From Tubiluchus corallicola (lineage: Eukaryota > Animalia > Priapulida): a stretch of DNA of 64,000 nt. The stretch lies in the NCBI GenBank assembly GCA_030141605.1, contig JAQGDQ010000485.1:1-64000 (forward strand). The letters run 5' to 3'. Each line of letters begins with the position of its first letter. Position 1 is the stretch's first letter. Shown here in pieces: positions 27,071-40,329 of the stretch. The translations under genes were made by a program, and so were the position numbers. The notes below the pieces were generated by a model. It was not told the DNA's origin, did no database searches, and saw nothing but the letters and a program-made list of their open reading frames with translations.

Positions 27071-29209
27071 CTACCTAGCTGAATGTCCTTTTAAATGTTT
27101 TTCAAGCTGATATTTATAAGAAAAATTTGCACTGCAAAGCACACATTTGAAAGGCCTGCTGCTAGGCCTGTGAATTCGTAGATGTCGATTCAAAAGCCTA
27201 TGCCCAACAAAAGCTGCTTTACATATATTGCACTTGTAAGGCTTTTCACCTGTGTGGGTCATCTTATGGTTTTTTAAGGCACACTATTTAGAAAATCTAG
27301 AAGTACATTGGTCACATTTGTATGGCTTTTCTCCTGTGTGTGTTATTAGGTGGCGTTTCAAGTGCGTGAAACACTTGGCAGTAACACCACAATAATCACA
27401 CAAATAAGGCTTGCAATTATCACCTTTTGCGCCCACTGAATGCCGTTTTACAGAATGCAACTCTAGGTTCTTCGAAGAAACAAAAGTGGCAGAACATTGA
27501 GCACACTTATAAGGTTTTTCCGGCTTTACACCTGTATGTCTTTTTATATGTCGCCACAGATAATCTGATCGTGTAAAGGCTAAATCACACTGACTGCATT
27601 TGTAAAGGTTTCCCCCCATATGAATTCGCGTATGGCGCTTCAAGTACTGAGAAGAAATAAATGCTGCCTCACAAAAGTCACATTTGTATGGCTTTTCTCC
27701 TGTGTGTGTCCTCATGTGTATAGTTAAGTTGCCTAACTGGTTGTAAGCCATGTCACATATGCTACATTTGAATGGCTTCTCTCCAGTGTGAGACATCTTA
27801 TGCATTCTTAAATGATGGGACTGCGTAAAAGCAGCTTGACAAAACTCACACTTATGAGGCTTTTCTCCGGCATGGATTCTCAAATGATGCATTAGAGTGG
27901 ATCTATGGCCAAAAGATTTTTCGCACTTGTCACACTTAAAAGGTTTTGCGCCAGTGTGAACCACAAAATGTTATTTTAGATTTGACAAATTAGTAAAATA
28001 TTTGTCACACACATTGCATTTATGTGGCTTTGTGCCCATATGAGTTCCCATGTGGTTTTTCAGCAAAAAAAATTGCTTGAATGTTTTGCCACATAAATGA
28101 CATAAGTAATCTCCTTTGATGCCCCGTGTCACATTTTCAATGCCGTCATAATCATTTGCATAATTATCATATTTAATGTTATCATTCAATAGTGGTGTAC
28201 ATGTCAATAGAGCAGGGAAACCTTTGTTAACTGATGTCTTAAAATGTATTTTCTGATGCACCGTTAAACCATGAGATGTAGCAAAAACTGCTCTGCACTC
28301 CTCACATTTATACTGAGATTCGGCAGAATGTGTTCTTCTGTGTAATTTTAGTGTTTGTAAAGCGGTAAACGCTGCATTACATTTAGTACACTTGAATGGT
28401 TTCTCTCCAGTGTGAGTTCGTTCGTGAAATTTCAGGCTGTGAGAAACAGTGAAGCTTGCCTCGCACTGACTACACTTAAATGGTCGTTCGCCAGTATGCG
28501 TCCGTTTAAGCACTTTTAAAGTTTGCAAGGCTGTGAAAGTTGCCCCACATTCTGTGCATTTAAATGGTTTTTCACCTGTATGAGTTCTTAAATGATACTT
28601 TAAACTGTGTGAAGCAGTAAAAGCAGCCCCACATTCAGTACACTTGAATGGTTTATGACCAGAATGAGTTCTCATGTGATGTTTCAAACTGTGTAAAGCA
28701 GTAAAAGCTGCCTCACATTTATCACACTTGTATGGCTTTTCGCCCGTGTGTATTCTCCTATGTGCTTTTAAACTGTGTGGAACGCTAAAAGCTGCGCCAC
28801 ATTCGAAGCACAAATATGGTTTCTCACCGGTATGACTGCGCATGTGAACTCTCAAGAGGTCAGGACGTGTGAAGGTCGCCGCACAATTATTGCATTTAAA
28901 TGGCTGCTCGTCTTGATGAAGTTCTCGTGCGTGAAGCCTAAACGCTTTAACAGAGCTAAATGCTGAATCACATGATTTGCATTGAAAACTCTGAGTTTTT
29001 ATCACAGATGCACTCGATGATTCACTCTTTGCGATAAACGTCTTGGCAAATGAGTTAGTTGTAGTGGAAATAGCTTCAGTATTTAACTCACAGTTCATTG
29101 CAACTGCTGGTTTGATGCCAGTCGAATAAACATCTAAACGTGTCATCTCATCTTCTATAAATTCTTCCTGTTTTACTGTTACATAACTAGTGTCCTCCAT
29201 TTTCCACAT
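27071..29209 (-). pseudogene. ZNF-A: 21-finger C2H2 zinc-finger gene interrupted by two in-frame stops (young pseudogene or truncated allele)
   Basis: The three listed ORFs share one frame (2139 nt). TAA at 27973-27971 falls in NLSNLK*HFVVH and TAG at 27286-27284 in FSK*CALKNH. TGEKP linkers occur throughout, and one finger has lost its first His (LKVLKRTH). Confidence 0.88.
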
Positions 29210-31234
29210 GTGCTGGTATGGAAACTGTTCTAAAATTGAAAACTATATCTTATCAATACAGCAAAAGATCACGGGAATATAGCACACAAAGATGGTTAGG
29301 AAGACAAGGAAGACAGGATGGTTTTTCATATACTACCCGATTTTCAAGTACGGTCAAAAGTATACATTTTAACATCAATAATAATGTACCACCAACAGCG
29401 CTGTTGTGGTACACAACGACATGGTAACGGCTCCACAGTACAGTGAGACAACACACAGCAAGTACGGGCAAGCTACACATGGGACTGTCAACCAAGCGCG
29501 AGCATTCCACATTGTGAATGAGATAATTTCGCATAACCAAAATATGTGCAGCTTGCAAAACAAAACCGTGGGTAAGTCGGCATAGTTAAAACTACGTTAC
29601 GGTGCTTCAAAGTAGAAAGCACCAAAAATTTGGTGAAAATGTTGATTTTTAAATTTTATGAAAACAAATGCCAAACATATTGGATTTTATACTCTAGCAT
29701 CAAATTATCAGGAAAGTGGTCGGGAACAATAAAAATACAATTTTATAAATCCTTACTCACTTTTCTGTCTTGAAACTACAACTACAATAGAGAAAACATT
29801 GTATTTTCTAACTCCGATTGTAGCTCGTGAAAGTAGCCATTTTGAATCGGGTTTTTTCTGTTGACAAGACCAGATCTAGGCCAGGAAGAGCCATCTACTG
29901 GATTTAAACGTAACTTCAATTTGCTCTTGTAAAGTCCATAGCTACAACACTTTCGTGCGGTTGCTAAGTGTTTTGTAGAGACCCAACAAAAAACAATGGC
30001 TGACTTTAACAACGATTTTCTCAAGATTAGGTTTTTGAGTCCGTAGCCTGCACCTCAACTTCAATGTAAATTATCTCAGCTTAGAAATAACATAGAGCGA
30101 TGAGCTTGGTATCAAAATGATCCTCATGAAACCGAGATTCAGGGTGTATGAATAACTAGAAAAGCTCATTATTGCCGACTTATGGACAATTTTGCTATGC
30201 AAGCACATATATAATCATCATCGTATGGCGGTTACGTCTATAATGTACACTGAGCAGGCAGAATTCTATAATAAAAGAACACCACGCTCAAGACAGGTAA
30301 ACACAGCAATAACCCAACAAGAAGCTAAACACTTTTTCAGAATTTCACTCCACCTGTTGTAGGCATTAAGGTATCAACATTTATTAGAGCATTCCATTAA
30401 AAAACTAAAGACTAGAAAGAAAACTAAACACTACAATGAAATTATGTTTCGTCAACTTTCGTGATCAGCATTGCGCAAAAACAGGCAAGCTTCATCTCAC
30501 GTATGCGGTTTCCGTTTTACAAAGCAGAGATAATTTTCCGCGACCAACACATCGTGATCTGGAGGAGTCCGTGCCTGAACTGCACATTGGTCTACTGAAA
30601 ACAGCTTTTCCACAGCAATAATATTCACAAATATGTATTTACTTATTATATTTACACTTAATTTGACTTAACAGGTTACTCTAATAAACTTCAGCTTACA
30701 GACTAACTTCATAAACAAATAGGCCTATGTTATAGTGTTGTTACTTTCTCTGAAAACATGTTCTCAAAAAATGGAACGCTGATGATTACGGGATAAAAAA
30801 GGATAAAAAAACAGCAATTTTTTTATCATACATGTGTCCGCCTTAGCAGCCAAAAAGTGCTTTTCCGACTTGGCAGATGTGCTAAATTGATTTCCACAAA
30901 AACCCAATTTCATCACAATTAATTAGTGAGACTAGATTACACAGGAAGAATATCTTTACATTTAATCTTCTTGGCTATTTTTTATTATACGTGTCCACGT
31001 TAGCAGCTTAAAAGTGCTTTTTGGGAGATGTGCTAAATTGATTTCCACAAAAACCCAATTTCATCGCAATTAATTAGTGAGACTAGATTAAACAGAAAGA
31101 ATATCAACATTTAATCTTCCTGGCTATTGTTTTGAACATGTTGATTCACCGACACAGGCCAGTAGAATGAACTGAAGTACTTTATTTATACCAAGTATAA
31201 GATAAAATGCACAGATCTTAAAGCACAAGATGAG

Positions 31235-31790
31235 GATCTATGCGTGGACATATCAACTTTGAGTAAAACTAATACTGTTCTATTTGCTGTAACCTATCGC
31301 CATCCAAATACTCCAACTCGGTGATTTTATGATCAATTAGAACACCTACTTAGAGCCATTTTCCAACAAAACAAACTTGCTATAAGGGTGGAGATATCAA
31401 TATCAATTTATTGCAAGGCGTAGAGCGAGCTTCAATCTTCAATTATCTAAACATGTTGCTTTCTAGCCAATTTTACCCTCTAATTAACAGGCCAACTAAA
31501 ATCACCCATTCGACTAGTATATTAATTGACAATGTTTATACAAATAATCTTGTTAATCCATTGATTTGAGCTATAGTTTAAGAAATATCAGATCATCTAC
31601 CCATCTTTGCAATTGTTAAACATTCAAATTTGTGTAGGGAGGAAAATACCAAAACTATTCGAATTAAATCATACTTTAACAATGCTTAGTTTGAAAATCT
31701 TGTAAGCGCAGCAATGGCCGATGCAATTTTTTCGAGTTTACATGCCAATGAAGCTTTTAATACGGCCTTTGAGAAGTTTGCTGAAAACTA
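31235..31790 (+). mobile_element. Decayed LINE APE-endonuclease fragment (L2/CR1 group)
   Basis: Motifs VTYRHPN, GDININLL, INRPTKIT...LIDNVYTN and SDHLPIF, with stops and frameshifts. Confidence 0.8.
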
Positions 31791-32042
31791 ATTAGAACGG
31801 AATGTCTGTATTCATACAGCATTATATTTTTTGTAACTGCTATCCATATTGCACGTTGTTTAATCAACTTCTATTAAATAGCTTCCAAGACTGTTGATCT
31901 AGGAATCTGCTCCGGAATTTAAAGCTAATCAAAACTGACGAAGCATATAACGAAGAAAAACCTTCCATCAATATAACAGTTGTGAGGTAGTATCCACAAT
32001 ATGGTTCAATTGTCTTTAGGAACATCAAATTTGCAATGCATA

Positions 32043-32434
32043 CAGGCCCACTGAGAGGGGGTGTCAGCCAGGGTGGCACCCGGGGGCTCTTGAGCTGAGG
32101 GGGCCCACAAGCCAAATGAGGTGTACCATGAGCAAGGCAAACAAAATAAAATGTGCCCATGAGTTGACAGTTAAAACTACGTTATTCTGCTTCAGAGTAA
32201 AATGCATAAAAAATTCTGCCAAATGTAATTTTTTGTTTTTCATAAAACTCTCTTTAAAATGTTAAAGAGAATACTGAAAATTTTAATTTTATAACCCTTA
32301 CCTACTTTTCTGCCTAAAATCTGGTACAGCAGTTGTGAAAAACTAGTATTACGGACTTAGTTTAAGCATCATTACTTGGAGGAGGAGCCCAAGTTTCCTT
32401 TTACCCAGTGGCCCAAAAATCTCTTGGCGGCCTG
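32043..32434. mobile_element. hAT-like MITE
   Basis: CAGGCC...GGCCTG termini, GC-rich subterminal motifs, 8-bp TSD aatgcata/aatgcaca. Confidence 0.7.
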
Positions 32435-32661
32435 AATGCACACATTCTAACAATTTTCTCAGCAGATTTCAACTGCAACACAATTCCAACAACAAAATAA
32501 GTCGTATCATGTTCATTAGTTCAGCCGTGTTCGAGTTATCAGTGATCTACTGTTACAATATCTGTATGCTACTAAATGGATCAGTTAGAACAGGTACTGA
32601 TAGTTTTATCACATAGTCAGGAAAGATTATGCTGTTTAACACATTTTAAATTGTTTAACTC

Positions 32662-33132
32662 CAGGGAAGAGAATGACAAATTGCAAAAAACTCTGAAACA
32701 GACCGGCGGTTTTGGGGCCGCAATGGGGTTGAAATTGCAATTTTGTGACCATAGAAAGTCTCTAAGTGGACTTAAAATATCAATTACCTTGTTTCATGCA
32801 TAATTTAAAATACCCAACTATCAACGATACATGATGCCTAATTGTCTCAAAAATGCCTAAGTACTGGCCACTCCTATGCAAAAGTATATAAAAACTGTCT
32901 GCAATTGACTCAAATAACTCCACACAATTGATTCTATATTTTTATACATAGAGATATACACGTGGTTACACTGATGTACGTGATGTAAACAAAGTGACGG
33001 CCTGCCAACTAGCGGTCAGTTTGTGAAATAATGTACAGGGTAGAAATTTTCTCAATGAATTTACGCGATTTACAAAAATGACTTTACAAAAAACTCGGTA
33101 TTCCGCGTATCCACAGAAAATTCTCATCCCTG
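32662..33132 (-). mobile_element. CAGGGATGAGAA-TIR MITE family, copy 1
   Basis: cagggaagagaa...ttctcatccctg flanked by TAACTC on both sides. Homologous to 41600-41963, 50673-51165 and 54993-55510. Confidence 0.85.
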
Positions 33133-33200
33133 TAACTCATATAAATGTGTTGTCTACTCGTCACGCTGACTGAAAATAAGTTTATGAGTCTTCTATGTGT

Positions 33201-34421
33201 TTACGTGTCTTCTATAAGTTCAACTGTACACTTTCTTTCATGTACAAGACGTCTAGATGCGTCAGGAAATCGGTCATCGCACTTGCGGCATTTGTAAGGC
33301 CTTTCGCCCGTATGAAGTCGCATGTGCAATCGTAACGTTTGGGCAACCGGAAAGCTTTTGTCACAAATGTTGCACTTAAATGGTCGCTCCCCCGTATGCG
33401 TTTTCATGTGCCTGCGTAACGAACCCGCTTCGGTGTAACACTTGTAACACACCCTGCAACCGTATCGCTTCTCTCCCGTATGCACGACCGCGTGGTTTTT
33501 CAGAGCAGACGAACTCGCAAACGATTTCTCGCACTGGCTGCACGGAAACCGTTTTCTCCAAACACCCATGTGCTGCTCTTCGTGCTTCTTAAGGTAACTG
33601 CGTTTGCTAAATGTTTTGCCACACAGATGGCACAGGAACCGTGGCACGTTCTCCTCTTTCTGTCCACTAGTGGAAGTACAGGAACTTCCTGCACCAACTG
33701 TGTTACAACTAAACTTATCTGCTTGTTGATCTTCGCTAAGAGGCTGGGAAAATAAGTGGGCAAGGTGGCTTATGGTTGTCGCCTCTTCTGTATTTTGTGC
33801 ATCAGATTCCACTTTCACGTTCTCATTTGTAATCACATCACTGCTGGTTTCAGCATCCCATAAGTATGACACGTTCTTGTGTAAAGTTTCTGGAAATGCA
33901 TAACCATTATCATTATCTTCAATGTCAACAACAAACTTGTTGCTATGGTGTACATCTGTACCAACGTTAGCAGCAATAGCGTCAGAACCATTATCATTAT
34001 CTTCAATGTCAACAACAAACTTGTTGCTATGGTGTACATCTGTACCAACATTAGCAGCAATAGCGTCAGAACTATTATCATTATCTTCAATGTCAACAAC
34101 AAACTTGTTGCTATGGTGTACGTCTGTACCAACGTTAGCAGCAACAGCGTCAGGAACCAGACGCGGCTGGGAAATTGGTGTTAGATCTACACCAATACTT
34201 TCATCAGATGAGATAGAAATCTCGTTTTTCTTTTTAGTGGCAACAGGCACCATTAGTTCATTGCCGTCAGCATCATCAAAACAATGCTGATCTGCTTGAG
34301 CAATTTCGCTCACTAGTATTTTACAGTGCATCTGCTTCATATGTGAGACGAAGTCTGTTTCGGTCAAAAGGCATTCAGCGCAAGACATGCACTTGTAATA
34401 AATAAGCACGGTGGGTTCCAT
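33201..34421 (-). CDS. ZNF-B: C2H2 zinc-finger protein (406 aa) with atypical N-terminal Cys/His module, 3x28-aa repeat and five C-terminal fingers (last one C2HC)
   Basis: Intact ORF with HTGEK/HTGERP linkers. A polypyrimidine splice acceptor lies about 35 nt upstream of the ATG (near 34457). Confidence 0.92.
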   Translation of the reverse strand: MEPTVLIYYKCMSCAECLLTETDFVSHMKQMHCKILVSEIAQADQHCFDDADGNELMVPVATKKKNEISISSDESIGVDLTPISQPRLVPDAVAANVGTDVHHSNKFVVDIEDNDNSSDAIAANVGTDVHHSNKFVVDIEDNDNGSDAIAANVGTDVHHSNKFVVDIEDNDNGYAFPETLHKNVSYLWDAETSSDVITNENVKVESDAQNTEEATTISHLAHLFSQPLSEDQQADKFSCNTVGAGSSCTSTSGQKEENVPRFLCHLCGKTFSKRSYLKKHEEQHMGVWRKRFPCSQCEKSFASSSALKNHAVVHTGEKRYGCRVCYKCYTEAGSLRRHMKTHTGERPFKCNICDKSFPVAQTLRLHMRLHTGERPYKCRKCDDRFPDASRRLVHERKCTVELIEDT

Positions 34422-35039
34422 TTTGTTACCTCAGCCAGCAGTTCTCAGCAAGAAAACTAAAAAAAGAAAAAGAAAAATCGATCAGTAGTAATGAGTGCAA
34501 CACAGATAGAGAGTACCTATGAAATTCAACATGGAGCACAGATCAAATTTTTGTAAACCCATTTCAGTTGACAGTTCGCAGAACGTCAATCAACCAGCGG
34601 GGATACATTCACAATGACCAATGAGGTGCTCTTATTTAGCTCTTTTAGCACTTAAAGCCTATGTGAAATATACAGGTAAAGCGTGTGTTCACGATTATTT
34701 TTGCTCTCTTTGCCACAAAAGACCTTGTGTAGCTAAAATTTGTTACTAGTAGTGAATAAAGGTGAAGTGTTGTGCTTGGGGCAAGTGTAATGCGGATGTT
34801 CGCTATTCAGAAAGATTAGGAGGAGTTTCTCCAACCCAAAAAAGACTTAGGCAAGTGTTACCATTTGATCAGAGCATGTGGGATTGTGGGAGGCCACATG
34901 GACAGTTCAACCCATAAAAATTAATAAAACTTGTGCTGTCTGCTCAAAGAGATTTTTTCTAATGTTTTATTATTACACTGCACTATTATTTATTACTGCT
35001 GGCAACAAGTAGAGCGTGTCCTGCTAAATCAGGACTTAA

Positions 35040-36611
35040 CGCACTGCAAAAAGATATTCCAGATATATTCGAGAATTGGAACACATTTATTCGCAGTTGA
35101 TAAGCGAAATCCAACCACAGTGTGGGAAGCATTCAATAACTACTTTGAAACCAAAGCTAATTTTCGTTTGGCAAGGTTCCAATTACATAAGATGCACCAG
35201 GACAATAATGAACCTGTCAACAGTTTTGTCACCCGCCTTAAGGTGCAAGCAAACAAATGTAATCTTGGGAATTTACAGGCAGTCGAGGATAGTATCATCA
35301 ACCAAATTATTAAAGGCACCACACATGCAGCTGTACGCAAAAAAACTTTTAGATCAAGACCCAGCCAACTTAACACTGGATCGCACACTTGATCTAGCAC
35401 GGATTTACGAGTCGACGCAGGCGCAGATGCAAACATTTGAACAATCCGAACAACATGTTGCAGAAATTAGTCGTAGTTCAAGTAACAGCGGTCGCAACTA
35501 TTCCCCTGACAGACCATGTGGCAACTGTGGTGGCAGTATCCATGGTAGACAAGTTTGCCCAGCAAGAAATCAGAAATGCAATAAATGTGGCAGAACTGGA
35601 CACTGGGGAAAGGTATGTCATAGCACAAGAAACAGAAGTAGTTCCAGACCACGGCAAAGTCGAGCTAGAAGCAGAACAATGTGCAACACAGCTCAAAGAC
35701 CCACTAGTAGCAAAACCCAGCAAAGTCGATCTCAAGATAAATCAGTGCATTGTTGTGACACCTTCAACCCAGGGGAGTTTGAACAGTTGTCGCTTTATTC
35801 GATTCATATCTACAGTAATCACATCAGTTCATCTGAGAGGAAAACTGAGGCATATGCAATGGTAAAAACTAAACCATACATTGAATTACCTAATCAACTC
35901 GCCAATCTGCGTGGCAAAGCAGACACAGGCGCACAAGGAAACATCCTACCAGTTAGAGTGTTCAAGAAAATATACCCGAAACGTGTTGATAGTCATGGTA
36001 AACCCGTTAACATAAGTGATTCTAAAACAGCGTTGACAGTGTACAATGGTACCAACATACCACAGTGTGGTGAAGTTACGTTTCCATGTCAGTCGCAGCA
36101 AGGAGACTGGAAGCAAACCACATTTTATGTAGTGATACATCGGGACCAGTCATCTTTGGTCTATCAACCTATACAGAATCAGGACTTGTAACCCTTAACT
36201 GTACTGTGAACAAAATTGTGGGTAATTTTCCGTCATACAACACAATGCCGACAATTAATTCAATGAATGACCTTAAAAGCTTGTATCCGGATCGATTTGA
36301 AGGTATTGGACTATTTCCAGGGACATACACATTAACTGTAGACCCAACCGTCACCCCTGTCATACACGCACCAAGAAGGACACCTATCCAGTTAAAAGAT
36401 AACATCAAGACTGAACTTGATCGTATGCAACAGCTAGTTGTTATACGTCCAGTGAACGAGCCAACCGATTGGGTTTCAAGCATTACGTATTCAGACAAGA
36501 ATGATGGTACAATAAGAATATGCCTTGACCCTAAGGACTTGAACAAAGCTCTGAAGAGAGAGCCACATCACACACCGATACTTGAGGAACTCACACATCG
36601 ATTTAGTGGTT
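35040..36611 (+). mobile_element. Ty3/Gypsy (Mag-like) gag-protease-RT fragment, frameshifted and truncated
   Basis: Zinc knuckle CNKCGRTGHWGKVC, protease KADTGAQGNILP, RT start VIRPVNEPTDWVSS...IRICLDPKDLNKAL. Frameshifts near 35345 and 36133; ends before the YxDD motif. Confidence 0.9.
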
Positions 36612-39600
36612 CTGTCACGGATTCCCGTGATTGAGTTCTACTCTGCTATTATACCTTTCATTTACAGTATTGCAAACTAGTTTATTCCGGTTCTATAATC
36701 TTTGCAAATTTATCTAGAGTCATTCAATTAAGTTAACCTTGAATTATTCATACGGGCTTCATTCCGAAGCTATAAATTCCTTCGTCACCATTGTACAAGG
36801 GAGCATTTGACGTTTGCTTTTCCTACAAGCAGACGTCAAATGGTCCGCCTAATTCGTTAGGCTAATTTTTTCCCCTTTCTTCAATAGTTTTTTTTTTTAT
36901 GGTTATGTGCTGATGTGTATCTATAATTAGGTTTACTGCTGTTATAAGTAGTAACTATGTAATTGCGACAAATCTTGTGAATTGAATAAATTTTATTTGG
37001 GTGGCCACTCCTTTTAAACCAATGGTTATGAAGTTTTTGTTAAGAGTCAAATTTTAGTCTAAATTATACGTTTCAGTAACAGCAAACCATTCTAATTATC
37101 AACTCGTAGACTTAAGCGTTATGAACCTTTCTCTATAAAAAATATACTAGACTATATACACTTCCACGTAATTGTTTAATTAAGAACCAGGCCGACGTCT
37201 CTCCCACAAAACTTTATGAAAATTTGAGCTTTTTTCACACTTGGCTCCTGAACCAAACTGTATGCGGCCCGCAGGTATTGCGGGAAAGTGTAATGTGGCC
37301 CGCCTAGTCAGGTAATTTGCACACTCCTGTAATAATGCATGGCTTAACAGTATCACCGATGGCGGGGCCATTAGCTTATCCACCGGGTCATTAGCCCTAC
37401 GAAGGCATACGAGCCGAGGGCCGAATCGCTGAGTTTAGTTAGTGTCAAAAATTTGTTTTCAAAAATGCAGAAGGCAAAATTGTAGGCAATTTATCACTTG
37501 ATACATTGATAAATTAAAGAGTTTGAGTCTGATGGCCTGGTTGCATTCTGACTTGGTGACCATGTCAAGGGTGCAAACAGCCAGTACTCACACTCACGTA
37601 CCACAAACCACATGTGGAATAAAAATGTAATTAATGTATAAAAAAACGCCTGAAAGCAGATTTGTCATTTTCATTACTCATGAAATCATGATATTCATTA
37701 GATGGTACAAAAAGTAGTGGAATTTATTATAATGTGTCATTTCTTATTCAAACGAAGTATTTTTTTTACTAAATCCGGATGTTGTACTTTCTTAATTAGA
37801 CCTACCTAATTGGACTGTTGGCAAAGAAGTCTACCTGATGATTAAGCAATCATGCCTCTGATACTTAAGCTTCAGGGCAATGATGCACATGGCTTCAACT
37901 CGGACTGACTGTCATTTAAATAAACAGATCGTCAATGACGGTGTAGGTCCCTGAAGAAGAATTGTATAACATTATGTAAACTGGTGGCGCCGCTGTGTGG
38001 GGCAAAACTTTGCAGTGTCAAGAACCTCTACATTATAATGGTTTCTGTAAGTTGTATTTGTTTCAAAATTGATATAATGAGACTGAATATTGTATATATT
38101 CTAATATACTGGGTGTGCGCATGCGTGTGCTGTAGTAAGTTGCTCAGAATTTTTCGTAGCAAAAAAATTCGAAAAATTATTGATTTTTCGAGGTATCAGT
38201 TAAATTTTTTAAACTGGATATTTTTGTGACACATTATGATGCCTGGAGGAGATGAAAATAAGCATAACAAGACGTCGAAATCAAATGTAAATAGTTCTGA
38301 AGTGAGAGTCAACACCCGCAGTACATCCAGACAAGTATGAAACATGGCGGCTCCTGTAAGCTCAAACGTACAGCCAGAATATATAACTGGCGTCCAGGAT
38401 AGAGGCGGATCTAACGAAGATTTTGAGGTAAAGTCCATGTTAAAGGATATATCTGGAAAAATTGATGCCAAGTATGAGCAGATACAGAATTCTACTTGTT
38501 GCAGGTACAAATGTTTTGGTCCATTACCCCTTCTCAAGGTAGTATATGCAATGGAAGCGACAATATATTAGACTGTAGCTCAATGAGCTAGACTACTTTT
38601 TCTACTCTGATATTGTATAGGTGGAACTTGTTATGTACACACGTTTCTGTTACATTTAGAATTTGACTTTTAAATTATACTGCTACCTTTTACTGACATT
38701 CTGGCTTTTTCTCGACTCAATATTGGACCAACAATGTATGTATGCATTTTAGCCTTTTAGTGTAACGTAGTAATCTGTAGCACTTATTTCAGTAGATTTG
38801 TAAATGTAGTAATTGTAGACTACAGAAAATTTGTATTTTTGCAGAATAAACTAACAAGCTGATACGATAGCGCATGTTCTTCGCCAAGCCTTCCCATTTG
38901 ATTGGCTATTATAATGATGCTACTAAGCTTTAATCGATGTTGTATGTGGGAAAAACAATAGATGATTTGATTTGATTAATAATGAAAAAAGACATAAAAC
39001 GGTGTTACAGAAATACACACAGGTCAGCAAATAAGAGTGAAATGTACACTCGTTTGAAGTTCTAATCAACACTGCTGTGAGACCAAAAGTAACTATCGGA
39101 CTAAGCAAGTACATGAGCAAATTGGTGAACAATTATGTCAGTAAGTAAGTAGTTTCAAAAATCTAAATTGGTTATTTTATAAAAAGGAAGCCTTCATTCC
39201 TGTGACCTTATCATTTTTGTTGCGATGCTCTTCCACTGACCTCTTCATGAACCTTGTGAACCCACCTCGTCATGAGCTTGAATTCGCTATAATTATTACA
39301 CAATTGTTTGCGACATTCCCTTTAGATGCTCTTTGGGTGACCCCAGAAGGCCGAAAATTTTTGACCTTGGTCATTCAGTTTCACATGCATTTTATGCAAA
39401 GGCTACTACCTACCGAAAATCTAAGACAAAGGACAAAAGGTTTTGGCAAAATAAAGAAAATGAAATCATCTGCCAACAACGCTCGATGTTTTAGTGAACC
39501 ATGTTAAGCCGCCTCCGCTTTATGGTGACCTTTGGGTGAGCCAGGCGGGCCAAAATTTTGGCAGTAGCATTACAATGTTTTCTGTATGTTGCATCTGTTT

Positions 39601-40329
39601 GGCCTCAAAATTGTCAAAGAATATGTGCTTTATCTGTTTATCTGTAGATGACATTTAGGTGACCCCAGGTGGGCCAATTTTTGTTAGTGTCAAGCCCACT
39701 TCATGCTAAGCTTTAATTTGATATATTAATCAAAGTGATGGAGATATTTCCTGTTGGGGGCCTTTGGCTGATCGCGGGTGGGCCGAAATTTTTATCAGTG
39801 TCAAAAACTCTAGCATCAGAATGTTTTCTGTATGTTACATTTGTTTGGCAGTACAAAGAATGTACCTTTTATCTGGTTTGGCAGAAATGGTTCCTGTAGA
39901 TGGCCTTTAGGTGACCCCAGATGGGCCAACATTTGTTAGTGTCGATTATGGACTATGGATGATAGAGTCAAGTATGGTTAGTGGATTATTAAGATAATAA
40001 TGTATTTGATGGTGGTGAACCTTGTAAAAGTTAACCCCACGCACACACCAGCACCCAAAATCGAATCTGATGAAGAAGTTGTAGATAAAGTGCAAACAGA
40101 AAGTAATCAGACAGGTAAAAATTCTTTTGCAAAAGAAAAGGAGATGGAATATCCCCAAAAAGAGATCTAAAAAGGCAAATCCAGAAAAAACGGTAACAAA
40201 ATGTTAATAAATTCTCAGAGAGAAAAGGGAAAATCATATATTCCCTTTTATGCCATCATTATATAAATGACGAAAATCATTATATAAAGTGAAAAAAGCT
40301 GAACAGACAATTAGGTCACGGTGTAGTTG

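Noticed and set aside
35330-36140. Programmed ribosomal frameshifts in the Gypsy fragment
   Set aside because: The shifts fall inside gag (+1, in an A run) and inside the protease, not at a gag-pol boundary, and the element is truncated. They look like decay indels.
38236-38571. First exon of a host gene (aacATGGCG..., possible donor at 38539)
   Set aside because: An upstream in-frame segment is cut by TGA and no downstream exons could be linked. It may be a decayed LINE ORF1 N-terminus; unresolved.
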